Positions 1-10,809 of a DNA stretch of 64,000 nucleotides are shown in pieces (the first letter of the stretch is position 1; the number at the start of each line of letters is the position of its first letter). A program made the position numbers and the translations under genes. The notes below the pieces were generated by a model, which did not search any database, was not told where the DNA came from, and saw nothing but the letters and a program-made list of their open reading frames with translations. Source of the stretch: Heptranchias perlo (taxonomy: Eukaryota); the NCBI RefSeq assembly GCF_035084215.1, contig NC_090328.1, forward strand, positions 45,198,001-45,262,000. Direction: 5' to 3'.

Positions 1-480
1 TATTCAGCTGCCCATATCCTAACTCGTACCAAGTCACATTTACCCATCACCCCTATGGTCACTGACCTACATTGGTTCCTGATCCAGCAACACCTTGGTT
101 TTAAAATTCTCATCCTTGTTTTCAAATCCCTCCATGGCCTCACCCCTCCCTATCTCTAGCCTCCGCCAGCCCGACAACCCTCCAAGATCTCTGCGCTCCG
201 CCAATTCTGGCCTCTTGCACAGCCCCAATTTTCATCACTCCACCACTGGCAGCCGTGCAATCACCTCTCTAGGCCCTAAGCTCTAGAATTCCCTCCCTAA
301 ACCTCTCTACATCTCCCTCCCTCCTTTAAGACACTCCTTAAAACCTACCTCTTTAACCACCTGTCCCAATATCTCCTTACATGACTGTCAAATTTTGTTT
401 GATAACACCCCTGTGAAGCACCTTGGGACATTTTACTAATTTAAAAGGCACTATATAAATACAAGTGATAGTTATTGTTG
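1..480 (+). mobile_element. L2-clade LINE, 3' fragment with terminus
   Basis: L2 ORF2 C-terminal remnant (HITP..DLHW.L) followed by the 3' tail CTGTGAAGCACCTTGGG...GGCACTATATAAATACAAG and a degenerate (GTT)n, shared with the other L2 copies in the window. Confidence 0.85.
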
Positions 481-930
481 GTCAAAGAGGTAGGTTTTAA
501 TGGAGCAACTTAAAGGAGGAGAGTTTAGAGAGGGAATTCCAGAGTGTAGGACCTAGACAGCTGAAGGCACGGCCACCAACGGTGGAACAAAGGAAATAGG
601 GGATATGCAAGAGACCACAATTGGAAGAGCACAGAGGTCGCAGAGGGCTGGAGGAGGTTACAGAGATAGGGAGAAGCAAGGCCCTGTTGGGAGCTGAACA
701 CAAAGGTGAGATTTTTAAAAAACATGGCATTGCCAGAATGGGAGCCAACATAGGTCAGAAGGCACACAGATGATGGGTGAACAGAACTTGGTGCAAGTTA
801 GGACATGGGCAGCAGAGTTTTGGATGAGCTCAAGTTTACCATGGGTAGAAAGTAGGAGGCCAGCCAGCGGAGCATTTGAATAGTCGAATCTAGAGATAAC
901 AAAGGGTTTGAGCAGCAGCTGAGCTGAGGT
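481..930 (-). mobile_element. L2-clade LINE fragment, tail-to-tail with the previous copy
   Basis: Minus-strand translations SRFDYSNAPLAG..LELIQNSAAHVLT and GGRAFSCLGPTLWNSL are typical of the L2 ORF2 C-terminus. Confidence 0.85.
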
Positions 931-1485
931 TCCTGAATTGCTTTTGGACAGACAAAATTCATCCATGAACCAATAATTACTTTGACTTGTGTACTATACT
1001 TTGTTTTGATTACTTCTACCATGATCAATCATATACCTTGTACGGCTTATAAAACATCAGATCATCCTGAAAACAACCGTCACACTGGTAACTGTTTTGT
1101 CTATGAAGCGAAGGGAACGAGTGATAGCTCTCCAACACCTGCAGTAACATCCCTCCATTCCTACGTTATTGTATATATTACATTACAGGTAAGGTCTGTT
1201 ATCAAAAAAAAAACGTCACTCCTCTGCAGCTGAAAACAAATCACACACTTTGTTTGCAAATAACAAAAGGATATATTCGCTATTTATCTATTCGTAGATC
1301 CGAGTTCGTACTTCTAGACAATCACCGCATCCGCGCGACGTTCAACAGTGCCGCTCCTCGTGTATCGGATAGTGCATGGCACCAACAGCCGGAGCGGGTC
1401 CGGGTCATTAACCGTACTCGGATGAACCAGCACAGAAAGGGAAAAAAACACAGTGACAGCGATCTCTTGGCTCCGTAAGACTTAC

Positions 1486-1590
1486 ATACAACAGCCTGGC
1501 CTTGATATCCGTTCCTGTCTCTCAGGCTTAACAGCCTGTTTATAAACACGTCGCCCGGAGACGCACTGAAAGCGTCACTACCAACATCCG
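1486..1590 (-). other. candidate non-coding first exon of a divergent gene (possibly KIAA0825-like)
   Basis: Minus-strand donor GTAAGT at 1485-1480 inside the CpG island. Gene identity is inferred only from recalled head-to-head KIAA0825/SLF1 synteny in human; start is approximate. Confidence 0.3.
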
Positions 1591-1869
1591 GCTTGCACGT
1601 GAAATGCGTGAGCAGGTTATACTATTTTTTTTTGGGGGGGGGAGTGAAATTGATCGATTTTAAAAACAACGAACTTAATGGAAAATACAAAGATCTCAAA
1701 TTACTATTGGCACCTTAAATTTAATTGTAGTTAAAAAGTGATCCCGCGTTCTATTCCAATTATGGTATGTGTGTGTTTTTGTTACCACCGTGTAAAGTAG
1801 TCGAGGCGATAGAATAGTTGTTGGAAATTTAGCGCGAGGGGACTGGTTTAAATCTGCGCGCGAGGACCG

Positions 1870-1999
1870 GGTCAGGTGCGGACATTAACGGTAGTTGGAG
1901 CGAGCTCTCTGTGCCGCCACTCCGGTTGTTGACCTACAGAGTAATTAATAATAATCAGGTGTTGTCGCCAGTGGCAGCCGTGGCTACTTTACTGTTCGG
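1870..1999 (+). other. SLF1: candidate SLF1 non-coding exon 1 (5' UTR)
   Basis: Donor CGG|GTGAGA at 2000 at the island edge (alternative GTAACT at 2015). The next exon begins exactly at the ATG, so a non-coding exon 1 is required. TSS approximate. Confidence 0.5.
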
Positions 2000-3190
2000 G
2001 TGAGAAGAATTCGGGTAACTGACGGTACGAACATGAGGATGGCTTGTCCCTGCCCGCTATATGTGTGCTCATTGTAAAGGCAAAGGTAATGTTGTTCAGA
2101 GGCTTTTAGACCTTTACATACAATTCGCTTATAGTTTGTCTTTTTTTGTAGCCAGTAAAGTTCCCCCATGATCATGGAGGCACAAGCCTCTCCTCCGTTG
2201 TCCAGCTGAGTAGGACTGCTCTCACCTGATTCCACTCTTACCTATCGAATCGTAGCCAGAGAATCTCCTGCAATGGCTTCTCTTTCTGCCCATGCACCAT
2301 TACGTCTGGAGTCCCACAGGATCTAAGGATCTAGCCTTGGGGCCCCTTCTATTTCTCAGTGACATCTTCCAAAGATGTGTCAGGATCCACATGTATGTTG
2401 ATGATACCCGACTCTCTCATCCCACCACCGCCTCTGTGTGGTCAGCCTGCTCGTCTGACATCCAATCCTGCACGAGCCGCAGTTTGCTCCAGTTAAGCAG
2501 CAAGAAGATCGAAGTCGTTGTCTTCGGCCCCCGCCACAAACTTTGTTCCCTTGCCACCAATTCCACCGCTCTCCCCTGGCCACTGTCGGGCTGAACCAAA
2601 CTGTTTGCAACCTTTGCTTTCTAATTGAGCTGGATTTGTGCTTACAGCCCCATATCCTCTCTATCACAAAGACTGCCTACTTCCATCTGTGTAATATCTA
2701 CTGTCTCCACCACTGCCTCAGCCCTTCTGCTGCTGAAATCCTCATCAGTGCTATTGTTACCTCCAGACTCAATATTGCAATGCTCTCCTGGCTGGCCTAC
2801 TGTCTTCTACCCTCTATAAACTCTGCTGTCTGTATCCTAACTCGTACCAAGACCCATTCACCCATTACCCCTCTGCTTGCTGGCACACATTGACTCCCAG
2901 TCCACCAATGCCTTGAATTTAAAATTCTGATCCTTGTGTTCAAATCCCTCCATGGCTTTGCCCCTCCCTAACTCTGTAACCTCCTCCAGCTCTTAAATCC
3001 TACTCTGCGTTCCTCCAACCCTGGCCTCTTGTGCATCCCCCACTTCCTTTGCCCCACCATTGGCAGCTGTACCTTTAGCTGTCTCGGCCCCAAGGTCTAG
3101 AATTCCATCCCGATATCTCTGCCTCCCCTCCTTTTAAGAAGCACTTTAAAACCTACCTCTTTGACAAAGCTTTTGGTCACCTGTCCTATT

Positions 3191-4777
3191 GGGGCAAAAA
3201 TTGCTCGGAGCTGCGAACCAACAGTGCTCGCCACTTCGGGCACTTCCTCAAATAAGAAGTGGCGACTAGCCCAGCGTTAGTTGAAAACATAAAATTACAA
3301 AGAGATATTGATAGATTAGGTGAATGGGCAAAACTGTGGCAAATGGAATTCAATGTAGACAAATGTGAGGTCATCCACTTTGGATCAAAAAAGGATAGAA
3401 CAGGGTACTTTCTAAATGGTAAAAAGTTTAAAAACTGGATGTCCAAAGGGACATAGGGGTACAGGTACATACATCATTGAAGTGTCATGAACAGGTGCAG
3501 AAAATAATCAATAAGGCTAATGGAATGCTGGCCTTTATATCTAGAGTACAAGGGGGCAGAAGTTATGCTGCAGCTATACAAAACCCTGGTTAGACCGCAC
3601 CTGGAGTACTGTGAGCAGTTCTGGGCACCGCACCTTTGGAAGGACATATTGGCCTTGGAGGGAGTTCAGCGTAGATTTACTGGAATGATACCCGGACTTC
3701 AAGGGTTAAGATATGAGGAGAGAGTACACAAATTGGGGTTGTATTCTCTAGAGTTTCGAAGGTTAAGGGGTGATCTGATCGAAGTTTATAAGATATTAAG
3801 GGGAACGGATAGGGTGGATAGAGAGAAACTATTTCCGCTGGTTGGGGATTCTAGGAGTAGGGGGGCACAGTCTAAAAATTAGAGCCAGACCTTTCAGGAG
3901 TGAGATTAGAAAACATTTCTACACGGAAAGGTTATAGAAGTTTGGAACTCTCTTCCGCAAACGGCAATTAATACTAGCTCAAATACTAAATTTAAATGTG
4001 AGATAGATAGCTTTTTGGCAGCCAAAGATATTAAGGGATATGGGCCAAAGGCCGGTATATGGGGCTAGATCACAGATCAGCCATGATCTTATCAAATGGC
4101 GGAGCAGGCACGAGGGGCAGAATGGCCTACTCCTGTTCCTATGTTCCTAAGTGATAGGCTCACTCTCCCCTTGACCAATCAGATTGCAGCATTTTTGACA
4201 AGCTGAGAAACTGTTTCTGCAGGCTTCGAATGTATAAACCAGGAAGTGAAAGGTGCAACATTAAAATCATTGTAAAAGCAGTAATAGACTGGGGGGAGAA
4301 AAAGAGAGGGTAAGAAATAATTGAATTAAATAAGAGACACAAGGGAAAAGTTTTTTTTCTTAAAAAAATTAAATTATTTTTTGAAGATTTCTTTTAATGA
4401 CCAAAAGCTATTAAAATAAGGAGTAATGCGACTCCACGTTTTCAAGAGTTAATTTTTAGTTGTTTGGCAGTTATTAAGACTTACTGCGCTATTGAAACTT
4501 AGTTTAGACCTGGTATTTTTAAGCCTACCTGTTTTGTGGTGTAATTAGTTACTTTCCAGATGAGCAAGTTGGCACTTTTTTAATGATTTCACTGATTGCA
4601 GCCAGCACTATACTTTGTATTCACAGCTGTCATATCGTCGGCGAACCAGTAGGAGCCAGTTCCAGATTCCCACGTTTTACTGTGCATGTGCGAACGCCGG
4701 AACTTGCTACTCCATTTCGCCACTGACAACGGGGAGTGCTGTTGAGCTCACCGTTCTTTCCAAGCAGTTTCTGCCCT
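3191..4777. mobile_element. non-autonomous TIR DNA element (MITE), interrupted by a CR1
   Basis: Imperfect 19-bp TIRs GGGGCAAAAATTGCTCGGA / TCCAAGCAGTTTCTGCCCT (15/19). Internal blocks are collinear with the element at 54587-55340. Confidence 0.7.
3278..4150 (+). mobile_element. CR1 LINE, 5'-truncated young copy
   Basis: [30 protein letters not shown] and LYKTLVRPHLEYCEQFWAP; tail GGCCTACTCCTGTTCCTATGTTCCTA. Near-identical to 29929-30810 (-). Confidence 0.92.
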
Positions 4778-4947
4778 AATGTCTCCTTCTTTGGCTGGCT
4801 GTCAATTTTTATCTGATTACGCTTCGATGAAGCACCTTGGGATGTTTTGCTACTTTAAAGATGCTGTTTGAATATAAGTTGTTGCTTCTGTTGTTCCTGG
4901 CCAAGCTCCTTTCTAAATTAAAAAGGGAAAATGAAAATATTTGAAAT

Positions 4948-5070
4948 TAAAAACAAAAAATGCTGGAAATACACAGCAGGTCAGTCAGTCTACCTGTGAA
5001 GAGAAAAGAGGTAATGACATTTTGACTGCATCAGAAAACTGAAAAATGAAGAATTTTCTGTTTTTATTTT
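4948..5070. repeat. fragment of an elasmobranch fold-back repeat (possibly Penelope-terminus derived)
   Basis: AAAATGCTGGAAATACACAGCAGGTCAG...ATTTTCTGTTTTTATTT; related to 40905-41077. Confidence 0.5.
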
Positions 5071-5529
5071 GTAAAATGATGTTTACATAATTACTGGAAA
5101 ACTGCTTGTTTTAAGAGAGTGATCTATAGCATTGTATTTATTAATATGCATTTGATTTCACTCCTTTAGTGGACATGATTTTTAATCGTCATTCCTAGTT
5201 GCTACAAGAACAACATCACATGTAACAACTGAGAATGACTATTTAAAAATCAAATTCCCATAGGATCAGATTACAGCCAACACTCCAGCTTGTGTAGGGT
5301 CAATAATGTGTCAAATGCATGTCTTTTATAGAGATGCCATACAATAAATAAACTTCTTAAAGCTTTTTGAAATTAAATTTAAACTGCAAGTTTTATTTTA
5401 CTCAGGTCTTAAGCTTTTGGCAAAAATCTGTATTTGTTCAGAGTATGATAATTCTATTATTGATTTGTTCAATTAATATCTTGCTTTGCTGTGCCAAAAT
5501 ATGATGTGGTGCTTCACAGTAATTAATTT

Positions 5530-8500
5530 TGTTTATTATTCATTCATGGGATGTAGGCGTCGCTGACAAGGCCTGTATTTATTACCCATCCCTAATTGCC
5601 CTTGAGATGATGGTGGTGAGCCGCCTTCTTGAACTGCTGCAGTCTGTGTGGTGAAGGTTCTCCCACAGTGCTGTTAGGTAGGGAGTTCCAGAATTTTGAC
5701 CCAGCGACGATGAAGGAACGGCGATTATATTTCCAAGTCGAGATGGTGTGTGACTTTGAGGGGAATGTGCAGGTGGCGTTGTTCCCATGTGCCTGCTGCC
5801 CTTGTCCTTCTAGGTGGTAGAGGTCGCGGGTTTGGGAGGTGCTGTCGAAGAAGCCTTGGCGAGTTGCTGCAGTGCATCCTGTGGATGGTACACACTGCAG
5901 CCACGGTGCGTCATGGTGAAGGGAGTGAACGTTTAGGGTGGTGGATGGGGTGCCAATCAAGTGGGCTGCTTTGTCCTGGATGGTGTCGAGCTTCTTGCAG
6001 TTGCACTCATCCAGGCAAGCGGAGAGTATTCCATCCTGACTTGTGCCTTGTAAATGGTGGAAAGGCTTTGGGGAGTCAGGAGGTGAGTCACTCGCCACAG
6101 AATACCCAACCTCTGACCTGCTCTTGGAGCCACAGTATTTATGTGGCTGGTCCAGTTAAGTTTGTGGTCAATGGTGACCCCCAGGATATTGATGGTGGGG
6201 GATTCGGCGATGGTAATGCCATTGAATGTCATGGGGAGGTGGTTAGACTCTCTTGGAGATGGTCATTGCCTGGCATGAATGTTACTTGCCACTTATGAGC
6301 CCAAGCCTGGATGTTGTCCAGGTCTTGCTGCATGTGGGTACGGACTGCTTCGTTATCTGAGGGGTTGCGAATGGAACTGAATGCTGTGCAATCATCAGCG
6401 AATATCCCCATTTCTGACCTTATGATGGAGGGAAGGTCATTGATGAAGCAACTGAAGATGGTTGGGCCGAGGACACTGCCCTGAGGAACTCCTGCAGCAA
6501 TGTCCTGGGGCTGAGATGATTGGCCTCCAACAACCACTACCATCTTCCTTTGTGCTTGGTATGACTCCAGCCACTGGAGAGATTTCCCATTGACTTCAAT
6601 TTTAGTAGGACATCAATTTTAGTTGGGCTTCTTGGTGCCACACTCTGTCAAATGCTACCTTGATGTCAAGGGCAGTCATTCTCACCTCACCTCTGGAATT
6701 CAGCTCTTCTGTCCATGTTTGGACCAAGGCTGTAATGAGGTCTGGAGCCGAGTGGTCCTGGCGGAACCCAAACTGAGCATCGGTGAGCAGGTTATTGGTG
6801 AGTAAGTGCCGCTTGATAGCACTGTCGACGACCCCTTCCATCACTTTGTTGATGATTGAGAGCAGACTGGTGGAGTGGTAATTGGCCTGATTGGATTTGT
6901 CCTGCTTTTTGTGGACAGGACATACCTGGGCAATTTTCCACATTGTCGGGTAGATGCCAATGTTGTAGCTGTACTGGAACAGTTTGGCCTGAGGCGCGGT
7001 TAGTTCTGGAGCACAAATCTTCAGCACTACAGCCAGGATGTTGTCGGGGCCCATAGCCTTTGCTGTATCCAGTACACTCGGCTGTTTCTTGATATCACGT
7101 GGAGTGAATCGAATTGGCTGAAGAATGACTTCTGTGATGGTGGGGATATCGGGAGGAGGCCGAGATGGATCATCTACTCGGCACTTCTGGCTGAAGATGG
7201 GTGCAAATGCTTCAGCCTTGTCTTTTGCACTCATGTGCTGGACTCCGCCATCATTGAGGATGGGGATGTTTGCAGAGCCTCCTCCTCCCGTTAGTTATTT
7301 AATTGTCCACCACCATTCACGACTGGATGTGGCAGGACTGCAGAACTTTGATCTGATCCAGTGGTTGTGAAATCGCTTAGCTCTGTCTGTAGCATGTTGC
7401 TTCCGCTGTTTAGCATGCATGTCGTCCTGAGTTATAGCTTCACCAGATTGGCACCTAATTTTTAGTGTACGCCTGGTGCTGCTCTTCTACACTCCTCGAA
7501 CCAGGATTGATCCCCTGGCTTGTTGGTAATGGTAGAGTGAGGAATATGCCGGGCCATGAGGTTACAGATTGTGCTGGAATACAATTCTGCTGCTGGCCCA
7601 CAGCGCCTCATGGATGCCCAGTTTTGAGCTGCTAGATCTGTTCTGAATCTATCCCATTCAGCACAGTGATAGTGCCACTCAACACATGGGATGGTGTCCT
7701 CAGTGTGAAGACTGGACTTCTTCTCCATGAGGACTGTGCGGTGGTCGCTTCTACCAATACTGTCATAGACAGATGCATCTGCGACAGGTAGATTGGTGAG
7801 GACGAGGTCAAGTAGGTTTTTCCCTCGTGTTGGTTCGCTCACGACCTGCCGCAGGCCCAATCTGGCAGCTATGTCCTTCAGGGCTCGGTCAGTAGTGGTG
7901 CTACCGAGCCACTCTTGGTGGTGGACATTGAAGTCCCCCATCCAGAGTACATTCTGTGCCCTTGCTACCCTCAGTGCTTCCTCCAAGTGGCACTCGACAT
8001 GGAGGAGGACAGATTCACCAGCTGAGGGAGGACGGTAGGTGGTAATCAGCAGGAGGTTTCCTTGCCCATGTTTTGCCTGATGACATGAGATTTCATGGGG
8101 TCCGGAGTTGATGTTGAGGACTCCCAGGGCCACTCCCTCCTGACTGTATATCACTGTACCGTCACCTCTGGTGGGTCCGTCCTGTGGGACAGGACATACC
8201 CAGGGATGGTGATGGAAGAGTCTAGGACGTTGGCTGAAAGGTATGATTCTGTGAGTATGGCTATGTCAGGCTGTTGCTTGACTAGTCTGTGGGATAGCTC
8301 TCCCAATTTTGGCACAAGTCCCCAGATGTTAGTGAGGTGGGCTTTGCAGGGTCGACTGGGCTTGGTCGTGTCCGGTGCCTCGTGATCCGATGCCGGGTGG
8401 TCCGTCCGGTTTTATTCTTATTGTGACTTTCTGTAGCGGGATTGTAGAATTTAGTGGCTTGCTTAGGTCATTTCAGAATCAACCACATTGCTGTGGGCCT

Positions 8501-8758
8501 GGAGTCACATACAGGCTAGACCGGGTAAGGATGACAAGTTTCCTTCCCTAAAGGACATTAGTGAACCAGATGGGTTTTTACGACAATCTGGTAGTTTCAT
8601 GGTCACTATTACTGATACTATTTTTTTATTCCAGATTTTATTTAATTGAATTTAAATTCCCCAGTTGCCGTGGTGGGATTTGAACTCATGATTCCGGATT
8701 ATTAGTCCAGGCCTTTGGATTACTAGTCCAGTAACATAGCCACTATGCTACCGTACCC
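5530..8758 (-). mobile_element. full-length single-ORF CR1-group (Zenon-like) LINE with tRNA-derived 5' head; ORF disrupted
   Basis: APE domain (LTNIWGL..PDIAILTESYL, MGDFNVHH, NLLDLVLTN, SDH) and RT ([26 protein letters not shown]). The C-terminus ends at 5592, followed by a short hairpin 3' UTR and an A-rich tail. A box 8750-8740, B box 8687-8676. No ORF1. Confidence 0.9.
8660..8758 (-). promoter_or_regulatory. tRNA-derived internal Pol III promoter (A and B boxes) heading the LINE
   Basis: Sense strand reads GGGTACGG-TAGCATAGTGG-...-GAGTTCAAATCC-CACC, with a duplicated anticodon-arm-like CTGGACTA(G/A)TAATCC between the boxes. Confidence 0.8.
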
Positions 8759-8774
8759 AGTTACATTGAGTTAC

Positions 8775-8965
8775 ACCAAAACTACAGCACAAAAACAGGC
8801 CATTCGGCCTAACTGGTCTATGCTGGCGATTATGCTTCACACACGCCTCCTCTCCCTACTTCATCTAACTTTATCAGCATACTCTTCTATTCCTTTCTCC
8901 CTCGTGTGCTTATCTAGCTTTCCCCAAATGTATCCATGCTATTTGCCTCAACATCATTGCAGGTA
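8775..8965 (-). mobile_element. CR1 3'-end fragment
   Basis: TACAGCACAAAAACAGGCCATTCGGCC is the reverse complement of the CR1 3' hairpin/tail; a similar fragment lies at ~52550-52640. Confidence 0.6.
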
Positions 8966-9146
8966 AAGTATCTTTCCCCTGCCCTCCCCCGTGTTTTGGA
9001 CTTGGCTGATAGCAATTTGCAATGGTAAATGTTGACAGAAAAACATAACCAAAAATCCTGACAATGGCAAGTCATGTTTGTGGACATGGAGTGTGTGCTC
9101 AATGCTAGATTTTTAATACAATATATATCTGTATCTTATTAAGTTT

Positions 9147-9550
9147 CAGTCTTGGCTCAATGGTAGCACTTCACCTGAGCCAGAAGGTCATAGGTTCAAG
9201 CCCCACTCCAGGATTTGAGCACATAATCTAGGTTGACATCTCAGTGCTGTAGTGAGGGAGTAGTGCACAATTGGAGGTGACATCTTTCTGGATAGACGCT
9301 TAAACCATCTGCCCTTTCAGATGGATATAAAGCTTCCCACAACACTAATCATGGGAGTTCTCTCAAACAGATTAACTGATCAATCATCTCGTTGCTGTAT
9401 GTGAGGCCTTGCTGTGTGAAAATTGGCTGCTGTGTTTGCCTACAAAACAATTGTGCCTACACTTCAAAAGTAATTAATTAGCTGTAAAGCACTATGGGGC
9501 ATCCCGAGGATGTGAAAGACACTAGATAATTGCAAGTTCCTTCTTCTTTA
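9147..9550 (+). mobile_element. Deu-domain tRNA SINE (SacSINE1-like) with L2-type tail
   Basis: A box TGGCTCAATGG, B box GGTTCAAGCC, Deu core (TGAGGGAG..GGAGGTG..CTTT..GGAT.GACG.TTAAACC; GCTGTGTGAAAATTGGCTGC) and tail GCTGTAAAGCACTATGGGG..TGCAAGTT. Confidence 0.75.
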
Positions 9551-10106
9551 TTAAAAATCTTCTGTCTGTATACATTTCATGTCTGCAAAACCTTGCTCCT
9601 GTTGCCATGCTTTAATCACACCATTTTTGTCAACTTTTTTTCCATTCTAAATGTGGACACAAGAATTTATAGTGAAAACTACCTACATAAACTTGTCACG
9701 CTATAAATGTATCCTTCCACCAGTGGTGGCACTTTATTGCCTCTGCCTGTACAGCAACGAAACTCATACTCCAACTGACTGTAAAGTATTAAGCAAAAAT
9801 ATGAACAGAATGTATGATTTTTAAAATATGGAATAAGCAATTTTTAATAGTAAAAATCTATCTGTGAAGCTTATTAAAAATTTTAAATCTCCACACCTTG
9901 GTACAATTGCCCTCTAACCCCACTTTACCTGGAGATTACACTTGGTTCTGATTCCTGTGCAATGCCACAAGAGGTAGACGAGTTGTATGTGTTTGTTTTT
10001 TTTAATATATCCTTCCCCAACAAAAAAAATTGCGCTGTGATGCTAGGAGTTCACAAGAAGAATAAATGTGATCTTATGCACTGCTAACTATAATTTTCTT
10101 ACACAG

Positions 10107-10220
10107 ATGGCTGGACTAGTACAGAAACCTACAATACAGTTGACGGGATTCAAACATCCTGAAAAAGGGACCCTTGTTAAATTACTTATTCAGCTAGACT
10201 GCATTTATTTTTGTGAACTG
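10107..10220 (+). CDS. SLF1: SLF1 exon 2, first coding exon (MAGLVQKPTIQLTGFK...DCIYFCEL), BRCT1 start
   Basis: Branch point CTAAC, acceptor TTTTCTTACACAG|ATG, donor CTG|GTAAGT; 114 nt, phase 0. Matches recalled human N-terminus (IQMTGFK..EK..LVKLL..LDC). Confidence 0.92.
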
Positions 10221-10434
10221 GTAAGTCCTAAGTGATTAGATTAAATGGTAATGGAAACTGTATCTTTTAGCTGGTCTAATTAAACAACATTTAAAAAAAG
10301 AAATTTATTTTCTTTTTTCAGACGTCCATTGGTAACTGGAGTACAGTACTTTTAGTTTTCTTTCTCTTGTCCTCTTAGTTTCAATTGGCTAACTAACATA
10401 GCTCTATACATACCATTCATGTTTAACCAATGCA

Positions 10435-10795
10435 CAAGAAAAAGTAAATTACGATTATATAGCACCGTTTGCTCTCAGGGCGTTTCAATTCTTCATCCAG
10501 TGAGTTGCTTTTCTAAATGTCAGATGTCGCAGCCAATTTGTGCATGGCAAAGTTCCATGAACAGCAAATGAAATAAAGAACTAATTTACCTGTTTCCAAT
10601 GTTGGTTGATTGAGGAACAACAGGAAAGCATCCTACACTTCTTCGGATAGTGCCATAGAACCTTTTACGTTGGCTAAACTGGCAGACAGAGGCCTCAGTT
10701 CAGTGTCTCATCGGAAAGATGGCACCTCTATGAACGCAGCATTTCCTAAGTGTTGCACTGAAGTGTTAGCCTAGATTATGTGCTGAAGTCCTGTC
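10435..10795 (-). mobile_element. Deu-domain SINE
   Basis: Reverse complement of the Deu core (GCAGCCAATTTGTGCA; CTCATCGGAAAGATGGCACCTC; AGCCTAGATTATGTGCT). Confidence 0.7.
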
Positions 10796-10809
10796 ATGGC
10801 CCAAAGGTG

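Larger units (their letters stand above)
1290..2060. promoter_or_regulatory. CpG-island-like promoter of SLF1, probably bidirectional
   Basis: Dense CpG outside any repeat in otherwise CpG-depleted DNA. Motifs: CACGTG 1596-1601, ACATCCGG (ETS) 1584-1591, CCAAT 1706-1710 (-) and 1756-1760, E2F-like TTTAGCGCG 1828-1836, CHR-like TTTAAA 1847-1852. Confidence 0.75.
2170..4897 (+). mobile_element. L2 LINE 3' part, split by a MITE (L2 segments 2170-3190 and 4778-4897)
   Basis: RT remnant LGPLLF..HMYVDDT. The 3' UTR breaks at TTTTGGTCACCTGTCCTATT and resumes at AATGTCTCCTT...GAAGCACCTTGGGATG...AAGTTGTTG. Confidence 0.85.

Noticed and set aside
8660-8758. Functional tRNA gene
   Set aside because: It has A and B boxes but a duplicated anticodon arm and no oligo-T terminator, and it is contiguous with the LINE leader.
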